Of a stretch of DNA of 64,000 nt, positions 47,101 through 58,108 are shown in pieces. Position 1 is the first letter of the stretch; each line of letters starts with the position of its first letter. Origin of the DNA: Podarcis melisellensis (taxonomy: Eukaryota). The translations under genes and the position numbers were made by a program. The notes below the pieces were generated by a model. That model was not told the origin of the DNA. It saw nothing but the letters and a program-made list of their open reading frames with translations, and searched no databases. The stretch lies in assembly GCA_964234715.1 (NCBI GenBank), contig OZ174281.1; one strand, 5' to 3'.

Positions 47101-50100
47101 GGATGTATTTTAAATGCAGAAATGGGATGGATTGGACTTACGAATGAAAAATGTGAAAATGCCGTACCCTGGTCATCCATGCCTCTGTAATAGAAACACA
47201 GGAAGCTGGTTTATACCCGCTCAAACTTTATGTGCATCTAGTCAAGTCGTGTCTCCTCTGCCTGGCAGCAACTCTCCAGCCCTGAAGGGAAGAGGAACAG
47301 ATGGGGTTAAGCAGCAGTGAGGCCAAGCAAGGACTGTTAGGCCTCATAGCAGCCCTACTGCCTCCACCTGAGCCCAAGCTCAGAGACAGAGATGGAATCC
47401 CCACCCTGCCATTGGGCCAGTCACTATATCTCAATGTAACCCTCCTCACAAGGTTGCTGTGAGGATAAACTAGGGAAGAACCATGTCTATCTCCTTGAAG
47501 GAAAGGCAGGATATTTAAATGGGGGGGGGGCAATTAATTGCAGCATCACTAAAAATATTCTCAAACAGCATTATAATTATGGTATAACACCCCACAACAA
47601 TGTTTCAGCGATGATATGTTAGAAACAGTGCATTATCCTATCTCCCCATATATATTTTTAATTAGGGTGCGGAGGGTGGTGGGATCACTTTGCAAATCTT
47701 TGCCACTTAAAAAAAATAAATAGTGGCATGTATGAAATGGGCAGCACAATCCAAACTATCCAACCTCCCTTGCATGCACTAAAAAACTTTCATAAAAGCT
47801 TTTAAAATGGCATGACATCACACAGTTTCCAAACAATTAAGACTGCAATCCTATCCCCATTTACCCAGGAGAAAAGTTCAGAGGGACTTCAAAATAAACA
47901 AGCATCGCATTACACTATATGTCTCGGTGAACACTGTGGAACACTTCTGGGTAAACAAGCATAGGATTGTACTGGACAAAGTCTAAAAACAAAACAAAAA
48001 ACCCCATAATTTAAAATGGATTAAAAATAGATCAGTATGCTTGAGCTACTAATGTAATATTGTTGAAGGGGAGAGATTCTGTCACAGGACACTAATTACA
48101 GAATAGGTGACATTCAGGCAACCGCATTTCGTACCGCAATGGCAATGGGTACACAATGTGAAGGAAGTATTGTGCTTTTCTAGGTAAAATATCCTTTGAC
48201 TGCCTGGAAAATGCATTGACCTTGAGACAGAAATATCTATAGATTCTTTGAAGCCCATGGGGATCTCTTGATTTGGGAATTGCAGGCTCATGGGGAGTGC
48301 AGTCCTCAGGCCCATCCCCTCTGTCAGGACACCTTCTAGCTCAAAGCTTGTTTTCATTGTGGTTTGACTGTTATCAACTGGTATCGTGCCAGGGTCGGGT
48401 GTTTTTTAATCATTGTCAACCCCCTTAGAGGCTCTTATTGGGGCTTTGTATAGCTGTTTCTACAAATACATCAAGGGACAGTGGAGCTGAGCTATTCCCC
48501 ATGTTGCCTATGTCTTGGAAGAAGATCTGCTTCCTTGGTCTGGGGTTTGGAAAGCAGACAAACTGAATGACTCAACTTCCCCATACAAGCTTTTACAATG
48601 TGACAGCATTAAGACTCAACATATCCTATTTGCCCTTTCCTCAAGAGTTCTCTTAGGATTACTTGAAGTAGACTTGCATTTGGGAATAAGCAGCAGGGCT
48701 GTTGTATCATCAGCCCCCCCACACTTCGGGAGACCCTGCCATTATCCCCACCAAACACACACACAGACACACACACACGAAACAGGAAGCCAGATTCACA
48801 CTGTATATATTATACACACAGAAAGAGACTGTGCAAAAGTCCAATAACCATTTCCTGTTCTTTTGTTGTGTAGAATTACTGTGTAATTCTAGATTAAAAA
48901 TAAATAAATTCTGCCACCGGCAAGGCAGATATGATGAATGCTGTGTCTTATGAACATCCAGCTTGCTGCTCAAAGTATTAAGGTCACATTCCATACATTC
49001 TGGAAATAGCCTGATTCCACAAAACTTAACTGAGATTCCAAAGCAGAAGGGAACTGGGACAAGGTATGTGCTGACAGTGTCCTAGAGATTTTTATTAGAA
49101 TGAAATTGGCTTTCAGGGCAAACATACCTGTGATCCATCCTTGGCTCCCAGAGTCTTTGGCCTCCATGAAAGACAATTGCCTGGGACTTTGTTTTCAGTA
49201 ATGTGAAGTCTGTCCTGTGCTAGCAAAGGGTGAAAGAATTGCAGTTTGCAAGAGTTCCCATCTAAGATATACTAGCTTTGCTTTCAAGTGGATCAGGAAA
49301 AGATGGCTATATGAGGAGCAACAACATTTTGTACAAAGCAACAGTGGTTGAGGTATACCTAGGTAAGTACTATGCCTACCTATAGCTTGACTTGCAGTAA
49401 GTATGGTGTATCTGAAATGTCTTATTTATTGGCCTGCTAATTGTGGGCAAATAATCTTAAATTTAGATGGATGAATTTCATCTGTTCTATGCGTATATTG
49501 AAAATAGAGACAGATTCACTTTCCCACTTCTGGATCCACGAAGATGCTTGTCATGATTAGAAGCATTTTCACTATAATGTGTCAAATTGGCAAAGCAAAA
49601 AGAATGCCCCATAGTGACAGAAACAGAAACAGGATCAAAAATTGCCTGTGTTGGTTTCTTCAACCCATGACCAGAACAGAAATCAATCCAATAAATATGG
49701 TTGGCATCCACTGTTTTTGTTGCTTTCAACCTTCAAACCATGCATAATTGATCATACTTCCCCATGAGGTGGAATAACACAATGACAGCATAATTTATGT
49801 AATTTATATAATTAATTACATAAATGACACAAGTTGCATAATTTTGCCACAGAGGACATTGAGATGAATAAAGTCAATTTTGGCAGAAGGCAAACTGCAG
49901 CAGAACAGAAATGCCAATAAAAATAAACAGACACTTATTTTCCCTTCAAATCTTCCTTGTAATTTTGAAGGCTTCCTTAAAACAAACAAACAAACAGCAA
50001 CATTGTGCCAAAATTCTTGAGTCATTCTGTTTGATGGACCCATAATCCTTGCACCACTAGCAGGGTGAGAGCTTCCTGTAAGTACATTTCATAACACTTA

Positions 50101-51684
50101 GGAAGCGTGCAGTAGCATTTGAAGAAGTGAACTCTTACTTAAAGAGCTTACTATTGCTCATGCAGAGTTTGGAAATCTGAAACACGTCATGGAAGCTGCA
50201 GAAATCATTGTCCCTGCCAGATATGCAGAGGGAGTATCAAGGTTGTTATTTCTCTAGGGTCCATTCAGCCGAGGCCTGTTAATTTATTTGGGAGTTAATC
50301 CGAAAAACCTCAGAGACAGGGTGGAACAAAGAAGGATTGATTTCCAAAAACCAAAAACAGACAGAGCAGTCATTTTCTTACTGAAGTGGCCTGAATTAAA
50401 GAATAGTAATGGGTTATTCCAACAAGCCTTGCTTTATTGTTTTACCAATAACAGGATTTCTCTTGTCATTTCAAAGGGGAGGCATGCCAAGGGTTCAGCA
50501 AAGTTTCTTGCCCTGTAGCGATAGCTTTCAGTATGTTCCTCCAGGCAAGAGTGGGCTGCTGACTAGTTAGAGAAGCATAATCCTGCTGCATGGACTCTTT
50601 CATTGTGAGTCAGATGTTTTCTTTCCCTTTTGTTTAGGAAAGGAAAATACGTTGTGGGCAGGGAATTATTACTTTTTCCTGACGACATACATAATTATGC
50701 CTCATGACTGTTCAGAAGAACGTCAAGATGAGGAATCAGTTCGTTCCTGTGCGTCAGCTCTTCTGAAAACAACCAGCCATCTCAGAGTCGAGAAATGCTT
50801 TCTCTTTAGGGCAGGAGTGGGTGGGCAGATGTCAGGCTTGCGAGATCTGCTATGTTTGCTGTCAGGACCCCCAAGATCCACCAACCGCAGCCTGGCACAA
50901 AAGGTATGCACATAGAATTAAAGAATTCTTAGTCCAGGAATTTGTTTTGAGTTCTAGAATGAACAGAGCTCATAGTCTTTCCATAGAAAAACCCACTGCT
51001 GGTTATCCTACTTTAATTCTAGCAGTATACCTTAGGCTAAAACGTTCAATGACATAAACATTCAATACCAGGGAAGCAGTCATTTTGTTGCTGTTTTTAT
51101 TTAACAACTGGGAATCAGAAATACTTGCTGATCTATTGCAAATCAACCTTCTGCTCATTTGAGATTAAGAGCACAATGCAACAAGAAACTACCCTGCACA
51201 ACTTCCATTGACATGAATGGGAGAAGTGCAAGGGATCAGAATATGAGTTCTTGGAGAGCCTCCCTTCATTTTACTGGTGCAGGTGTGTTGCCTATAGAGA
51301 CTTCTAAAAAGAAATAACCTGGAAGATTGTGTTTACCACTGTTATCTTACAGAAGAAGACAGCTGCCACCAAAGGAAGTAATTCTTGAGTTATCCTTTGG
51401 GCAATCCTAGTCAGAATCTCAGAAAGTGCTGGAAAAAGAGGGGGAGAAAAAGAGAAGTCATGTTGGTAGTGTCTTGTTATTTCTGCTGTTTTCATTACAA
51501 TCTGCTTTCAGTATTATTTTGATAGAAAAGTGGGTTTAAATATTAACTTCTAATCTAGTAAGCAACATGATGGTGCAGTGTATTGGATTCGTAGCATTTA
51601 AACATTTTGTAAGCTTTCTAACTCTGACAATCCATCATCTAAAAAAAAAAGTAGTCCAAGCAACATTAGAACAATTTTTTACGT

Positions 51685-52075
51685 TTCGGAGCACAATTCA
51701 AAAGTGTTGGTGCTGACCATTAAAGCCCTAAATGGCCTTGGCCCAGTATGCCTGAAGGAGTGTCTCCACCCTCATCATTCAGCCCAGTCACTGAGGTCCA
51801 GCGCCAAGGGCCTTCTGATGGTTCCCTCACTGCGAGATGTGAAGTTACAGGGAACCAGGCAGAGGGCCTTCTCAGTTGTGGTGCCCACCCTGTGGAAGGC
51901 CCTCCCATCAGATGTCAAGGAAATAAACAACTGACTTTTAGAAGACAGCTGAAGGCAGCTCTGTTTAGGGAAATTTTTAATGTTTTATGTTTTATCGTGC
52001 TTTTAATAGTCTGTTAGAAGCTGCCCATAGTGGCTGGGGAAATCTAGCCAGATGGGTGGCATATAAATAATAAGT
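51685..52075 (+). mobile_element. L2-clade LINE 3' end
   Basis: VLVLTIKALNGLGP..LKE.L....LRSS...RAFSVV.PTLW.ALP, followed by 3' UTR and AAAT tail. Confidence 0.8.
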
Positions 52076-52442
52076 TATTGCTATTGCTATTATCTCTGGA
52101 CTACTCTGGACTATTCTGTGTTGAGAACAAGGATCATAGTATTTTAACAAAGTCCTGCCTCTTACAGTGTCTTACAGTGGGCTGGATTGAAAGAAGGACT
52201 TTAGTTTCTATAAGCCATAAAAATGAAGCAAATGAGGCCAATAACTTCACAAGGGTAGAGCAATGCTCATCATCTTGCATTTAGGTTTCAAAGGACTCAA
52301 GTTATGATTGTTTCTCTCACAATACATGCCACAGAACTGTCAGGCACAGGAGGGGTGCTAGTGCAAGGCCCAAGCTCCACTTAAGGAAGGTCAGCAGTCC
52401 TTGATGTTGTGGCTGCATCAGTACACTGCAGTGATCAGGTGA

Positions 52443-52512
52443 GTCATAGAATCATAGAACTGGAAGGGACAGGAGGGTCATCTAGTCCATCCCTCTGCAA
52501 TGCAGGAATCTC
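52443..52512 (-). mobile_element. CR1-type 3' tail fragment
   Basis: CATAGAATCATAGAACTGGAAGGGAC, the reverse complement of the CR1 (ATTCTRTG)n terminus. Confidence 0.7.
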
Positions 52513-53937
52513 AACTAAATACAATCCCCAGAGTTTCATGGAAAGAAGGGATGATTGATAAACCACTCTGGGAAGCGTAGCTTTGTGAGGGGAATAGTTC
52601 ACAACACAAAATGTGGAAGTGAGCAAACATGTGGATTCACTTTAAGGGAAATGTTCAAATGTCAGTTGTGACACAATGCTATTGAAGACATGCGTTTTGG
52701 ATAAATTATTTTTATTTTCTACTTTAAAAAGTGTATACTAACACATTTAACATGCAGAAGTGTCATTATTTGACAGTCTGTTGAGTCCAGATTTATTTGG
52801 ATGTGGATAGCTCATACTAGTTTTAGATGCCCACAATGCCATTTACATGAGATTATATTGTATCTTGTGACTTTTGAAGGCCTCATGCAGAAACACTGTT
52901 GTATTTTTTCATGGTGAGGTGTTTTGAAAAAAGGTTTCTTAAGTATTTTTCTTTGGTGTGGTATCCCCTCCCCCCCCCCACACACATGGAGGCTATTCTC
53001 AAGAATACCTCACCATGTGAAAATAATGTGGTAAGTCATTGCATGAAGGTTTTGCTATGTCAACAAATAATGTGGGAACTGACCTTCATTGCTTAGAGAG
53101 TTTAAAAAGAACTATCAGGGAAACCTGGCTGAAGGCTATGCACAAACACTCTTTCTCTTTTTACCTCCCTTCTGAATCTCACTGCAGCTGGAAAGTATCA
53201 TAGCACAGATGTGTTCTCAGGAAGCTATTCATTAGAATTCAAGAGCGGTATAAATCAAAATGCATTTTTCACTTTTTTGAAAAGAAAAACAAAACTGTCT
53301 GCATAAATTTCCTCTCGTTTTCCTTCCTCAGGTTTCTCTTCTGTCCTCACAACTCAGGGATGAGATAAAATAAACAAAAGAACATCTGAAGATCACCTTT
53401 TAAAATTAATTTCACTTACAGTTATTACAGGTGATTCATTCCCACACATTCAAAGTGGGAGGCAAGGCTGACAAATCAAAGTGACTTCTAGAGGAATCCC
53501 ATTTTCTTAAGATCTTTCTATGTTCACTTTTGACCTTGCTCCGACTACTTCCATCACCAGTCTTAATAATTCTTACATTAATATCCTGCCACCATCTATT
53601 CTAGAAGACAATTAGAAGATTCTCAGATTCACCGTGGCAACAAACATCCGGAGTCTCTTAAATGTCGTGCTGCCTGGAAAGAGAACAAATGCCTGGGTCG
53701 CCCATAACCTTTTCAAATGTTTGTTCCATGTTCAGTAGTGAAAGTGGACAGGGACAGGAAGGGGCAGGGATAGAGTTGAAGCAAAACATTGCCGATCTTC
53801 TGCCGGCACAGTCGTGCTGTCATTGCTGCCTACACTGGTGTCTTGTTTCTTTTAAGAAAATGATACTCGCTGAGATGGGTTAGAAGAGTGAATCAGAGAC
53901 TGATTCTCTGCATCTTCACTGCACAGCCAACTAATGG

Positions 53938-54003
53938 AAGAAGAAGAAGAAGAAGAAGAAGAAGAAGAAGAAGAAGAAGAAGAAGAAGAAGAAGAAGAAG
54001 AAG
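53938..54003. repeat. (AAG)22 microsatellite
   Basis: Direct reading. Confidence 0.92.
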
Positions 54004-54737
54004 AGCGGCAACATAACGCATAGAGCTGTGTAGAAATGGCTTCTCAAAATTCTTCTTTGTTGGCAAAGAAATTTGGGGAATTTCCATAGGAAGCGGAGAA
54101 ATTCTTTAACTGTTTTTTTGGGGGGGTCCACTCATAGCAGTGACATTACCTTAGCTTCCTTCTTTTAAATTCCTTCCTTTCTTCCTTTGAGCCAATGGGG
54201 GGGGGGGTATAACATGACGGGGAAGAAGAGGGAGGAACCCCCCCTCAAAGCAAAAGTCCTTACATGGGCTTCTGCTAGCAGGAACAGTTCGTTGAATCTG
54301 GCTCCAAGCTTCCATTTATCCATTCTACTCTGGGTGGCAGATAAAATGCTCTCATCCTCTGCTCTGCTCGTGCAAGACCCTCTGCCAACACTGGATAATT
54401 CCTCATCCTCGCTGAAGCCCTGTAAGGCACATCTCACAATGCCTCCTAGGTCCCCTCAACTATCTAGAGAGATTTTTTAGGGAATAGATGGGGTTGCAGG
54501 GAAGAGGAGGGGAAGAGAAATATCTGTTGGTTCAGTTGCACTCTTCTTGCATAGTATTGAGTACAACCCATACACCACAGTGGACCTAGAAGGAATATTA
54601 AACCAGAAATGATAGCAGAGAAGGAGGAGTTTTCTTGGCTCTGATAGAAGGAGAAGGCAATGCAATGATAACATGGTTCCTGACTACACTAAAGACATGA
54701 GGCTCTGTCTACCCATTGGATTGGTTCAACTCAGAGT

Positions 54738-54832
54738 GGTGGTGTTGTTTAGTCATTTAGTCGTGTCTGACAAGAAAATAAAATCTCTCACTGCCTCCAT
54801 TTCTTCCCCTTCTATTTGCCAGGAGGTGATGA
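54738..54832 (-). mobile_element. Mini BovB insertion with internal deletion
   Basis: BovB tail joined to an RT-region fragment that is also seen at ~58075-58100; 12-bp TSD TCAACTCAGAGT at 54726-54737 and 54833-54844. Confidence 0.75.
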
Positions 54833-57671
54833 TCAACTCAGAGTAGACACATTCAAATCAAGTGGCTTAACTTATTCATTTTGCAACTAGTGTACACTGA
54901 ATTTATACAATTCTGGAAGTGTTACTGCATGCTGACCTTTTCTTGTTTCTGTTTCATGGTGCATTTTTCTTTTCCCCCACCATCAATCAGATTTATATAA
55001 AACTAACGTCAGAAAAGCTAAAAATTTCTTTGGTCTTAGGACATAGTTATATATAAATTTGACTGCCTCACAGGAGTGCATTATTCATAAGAAAACATCA
55101 TCAAAGAAGACCATTTTAAAATCACAGTAACTTTCTATGATCTTTTATGACAGGATAACTTTCAGTGGATACAACCAGACATTTGTATAAAGTTCACAAA
55201 ATATTTGGCAGCACCAGTTTAAAAGTTTTGCTACTTGTGCTTTAAAATCCTTTGGATAGCCTACAGTGCTAAAGGTCTCATAATTTTGCTTTTATAATTT
55301 ACTTTTGGTATGTGTGCATATGAACATGTTGATCTTTTGGGAATCAGACATTTTACTTCTGAAAACTGAGGACAAATAACCCCTTAGATTTGGTTCAGAA
55401 TTTATTTGCAGACTGCTTGTGTTTATTGAGTTTTCAAAAACAACAACGTACAAGCAAGACAAACAATAGAAAAGAACCGTGCTGATCACATTATTGCAGT
55501 TAGAATAAAATATGCAGAAGGCTTATTTTTTGCAGACTTTCAAGTATCATATGAGGTCAAGTGATTTTGTTCTCAGAGTACCTAGCAGACTTGTAGCAGG
55601 CCTTGGATGATTCTAACACCCCATTACCTGGGGCAGGGGACAGCACCTTCTTTACCACACAAAAGAGCTCTGCTGAGTAGCTTCTTGAGCATGCAATGGA
55701 GGCAGCAATACAGATATTTTTTCCTGCCTTTATTGCCATATGATAGAAACAATTATACACTCTGATATTCAGTCAGCTTCACACTGGCTCTTGCACCACT
55801 TCTGCTATATAACCTTTAGAAGACAACAACTTTTCTGTCCGGATTTTCACTGTTTGAAATATGGCAACCCTATGTATAGAAAAGCTTTTTAATGTGTAAT
55901 GTTTTATTATGCTTTTATATACATTGGAAGGCACAAAGAGTGGCTGGGGCAACCCAGTCAGATGGTAGGGTATTGCTCCTCCTCCTCCGCCTCAAAACTC
56001 CATAGTTAGAGTTTACAAACATTTGGACCAAATTGCTCTTAGTTTATCAATTTAATTTATTAAAAAAAGTTTACACTCCAACCTTCTTCAGTTGAACTTA
56101 AGGTGACCAACAAGGGTAACTTAAAACAATTATAACAATTATAAAATAAGAGTAAATCACTTGAAAGCTGCAGTAGAAAAATTGCCTCAATACAAAGAAT
56201 GGTTTCTTGGGGGCTTTTGCATTAATATTTGTTTGTAGAGAGAGTTTTCTGTCACCTTTTGTTCCCTAATAGGATATACTTACTGATATTTTTAAGGAAA
56301 TTTAGAATTCAGTTTTATTTCAGCTGAACTCAACAGACAGGCAAGAATGCTGAGGAATGAGACCAAGGGAAAACGAAAGCTCATATCACTCACCAGAGAA
56401 ATTTTAAAATGCCTTTGCCTATGGTGGTAGCAATGTGTGCTTTGGGACCACAGTGTTGTGTGTCATGAACTTCAAGCTTGTTTTAATGTCAGCCAACGAG
56501 CCACCATTTCATCTCTAGGTAAGTGTTCAGATGGTGCCCAGCTGTAACTCAATCTGATCACAATCTGTCCAGGATTTCTTATTTGTACAACTAACCATAT
56601 GAAGGCAAGCCAAGCTGAGTTGGGGGTGTAGCTGGCATAGACATTTTAGAGTACTGAAGGCAAAGGGAGAAGTTGGCCATTGGGTCATGTTTCCTTCCTG
56701 TCTTTTAGGGAAAGAAGAATGTTTTTTGTAAGGAATTAATTTTGCTTTTCTACCTCAGTATCCCTCTTTCGGGGCATTGAATGGCTTGCGATTTGGCACC
56801 AGCTGAGGCCAGAGAAGTCCATTTGACAATCTGACGTTTATTGTGCTGTAATCCATTTTGAAGGAACAGTGAAGGAAAATGGACATAACCAGACAACGGG
56901 GCCTATTAAACAAAATGAAAGGTAGAGCAGGCTGCCAAGCTCGCTGGAGAGTTGCCTTTATCCAGTGCTGTGATGTTTACAAAATAGATGTGATGTAATG
57001 TTCAGCTGCATTTTACAAGGATGCTGACACTTAGAGAGGGTCCTGAACTTCTACAATTACTTTTCCTGTCCTTTGAAGACCACCTGGTTTTGTTTAACAG
57101 ATTTTAAAAGGGCACTAGTAGGATTTGGCTGAAATAAACCACGTCTCATGTTTATGAGAGCCAAATGGAAGGGTAGTACTGTGGACAAACAGTGCACTTA
57201 GAGATATTTTCCCAAGATTGGTGCAAATGCTCTTTTGTTTTTCTTGGTGGAAGTAGGTAAAAAGGGCTTATGGTAAGTTGGGGGAGGGGTAGTCCCTCTG
57301 GTGAAGGACACATCATGCTCCTTCTGGGGTAATTTGTACACCTTTGGTCCCCACCCTGCACTCACCTATCACCTGTGGCTCCTAGAAGCTGTCACCATGT
57401 GACAGCAGGCACAGCTCAGGAATGGCTTTGACTGGCTGGCTAAACCAGATGACAGTGGCTGATGAGTCTCAAACCCTTGGTGAGTTAGGGATTTCTCCTG
57501 CATGCAGGCTCCGGTGGATTGAGAGGGTGAAACCAATAGTGGGTCCAACAATCAAGAAGGTGGTTTCTGAACCTGCTATAGAGGGAAGTGAAGGGCAGAT
57601 GGGGCTCATCAACCTGGAAAGGAGACAAAAAGTTCTTATCCTAAACTACCACTGCCTTGTGCAATCACTTC

Positions 57672-58108
57672 GAGAGAAGAGTCTTTTCCAGGGAGTCTTC
57701 TCTTCTCATGAGGTGGCCATTGGAGCCTCAGCTTCAGGATCTGTCCTTCCAGTGAGCACTCAGGGCTGATTTCGTTAAGAATGGATAGGTTTGATCTTCT
57801 TGCAGTCCATGGGACTCTCAAGAGTCTCCTCCAGCACCATAATTCAAAAGCATGAATTCTTTGGCAATCAGCCTTCTTTATGGTCCAGTTCTCACTTCCA
57901 TACATCACTACTGGGAAAACCATAGCTTTTACTATATGGACCTTTGTTGGCAAGGTGATGTCTCTGCTTTTTAAGATGCTGTCTAGGTTTGTCATCACTT
58001 TTCTCCCAAGAAGCAGGCATCTTTTAATTTTGTGGCTGCTGTCACCATCTGCAGTGATCATGGAACCCAAGAAATCCCCTTCTATTTGGCAGGAGGTGAT
58101 GGGACCAG
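57672..58108 (-). mobile_element. BovB (RTE) LINE fragment, C-terminal part of the ORF
   Basis: GSMITADGDSSHKIKRCLLLGRKVMTNLDSILKSRDITLPTKV.IVKAMVFPVVMYG.E.WTIKKA...AFELWCWRRLLRVPWTARRSN. Confidence 0.93.

Larger units (their letters stand above)
48082..57420 (-). pseudogene. Decayed MUC4/SUSD2-like gene (NIDO-AMOP-VWD-Cys-rich remnants)
   Basis: Exon-like segments, several with AG/GT boundaries (e.g. 54419-54264, from 53930, 53187-53125, from 51638, from 51428), give colinear motifs GFS..GS.T..KW, PSCPC.L, DSGC, VHSLQ, ELE/AYKM..PIHC, DC....RITSFG, LQGR, EERANRIC, CHCx5CL; many stops and frameshifts; by-eye homology only. Confidence 0.5.

Noticed and set aside
53674-53708. 35-nt GT-AG intron inside the fossil AMOP region (similarly ~31 nt at 51320-51350)
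   Set aside because: Too short for a vertebrate intron; these boundaries are unreliable, so the exact exon structure of the pseudogene is not claimed.
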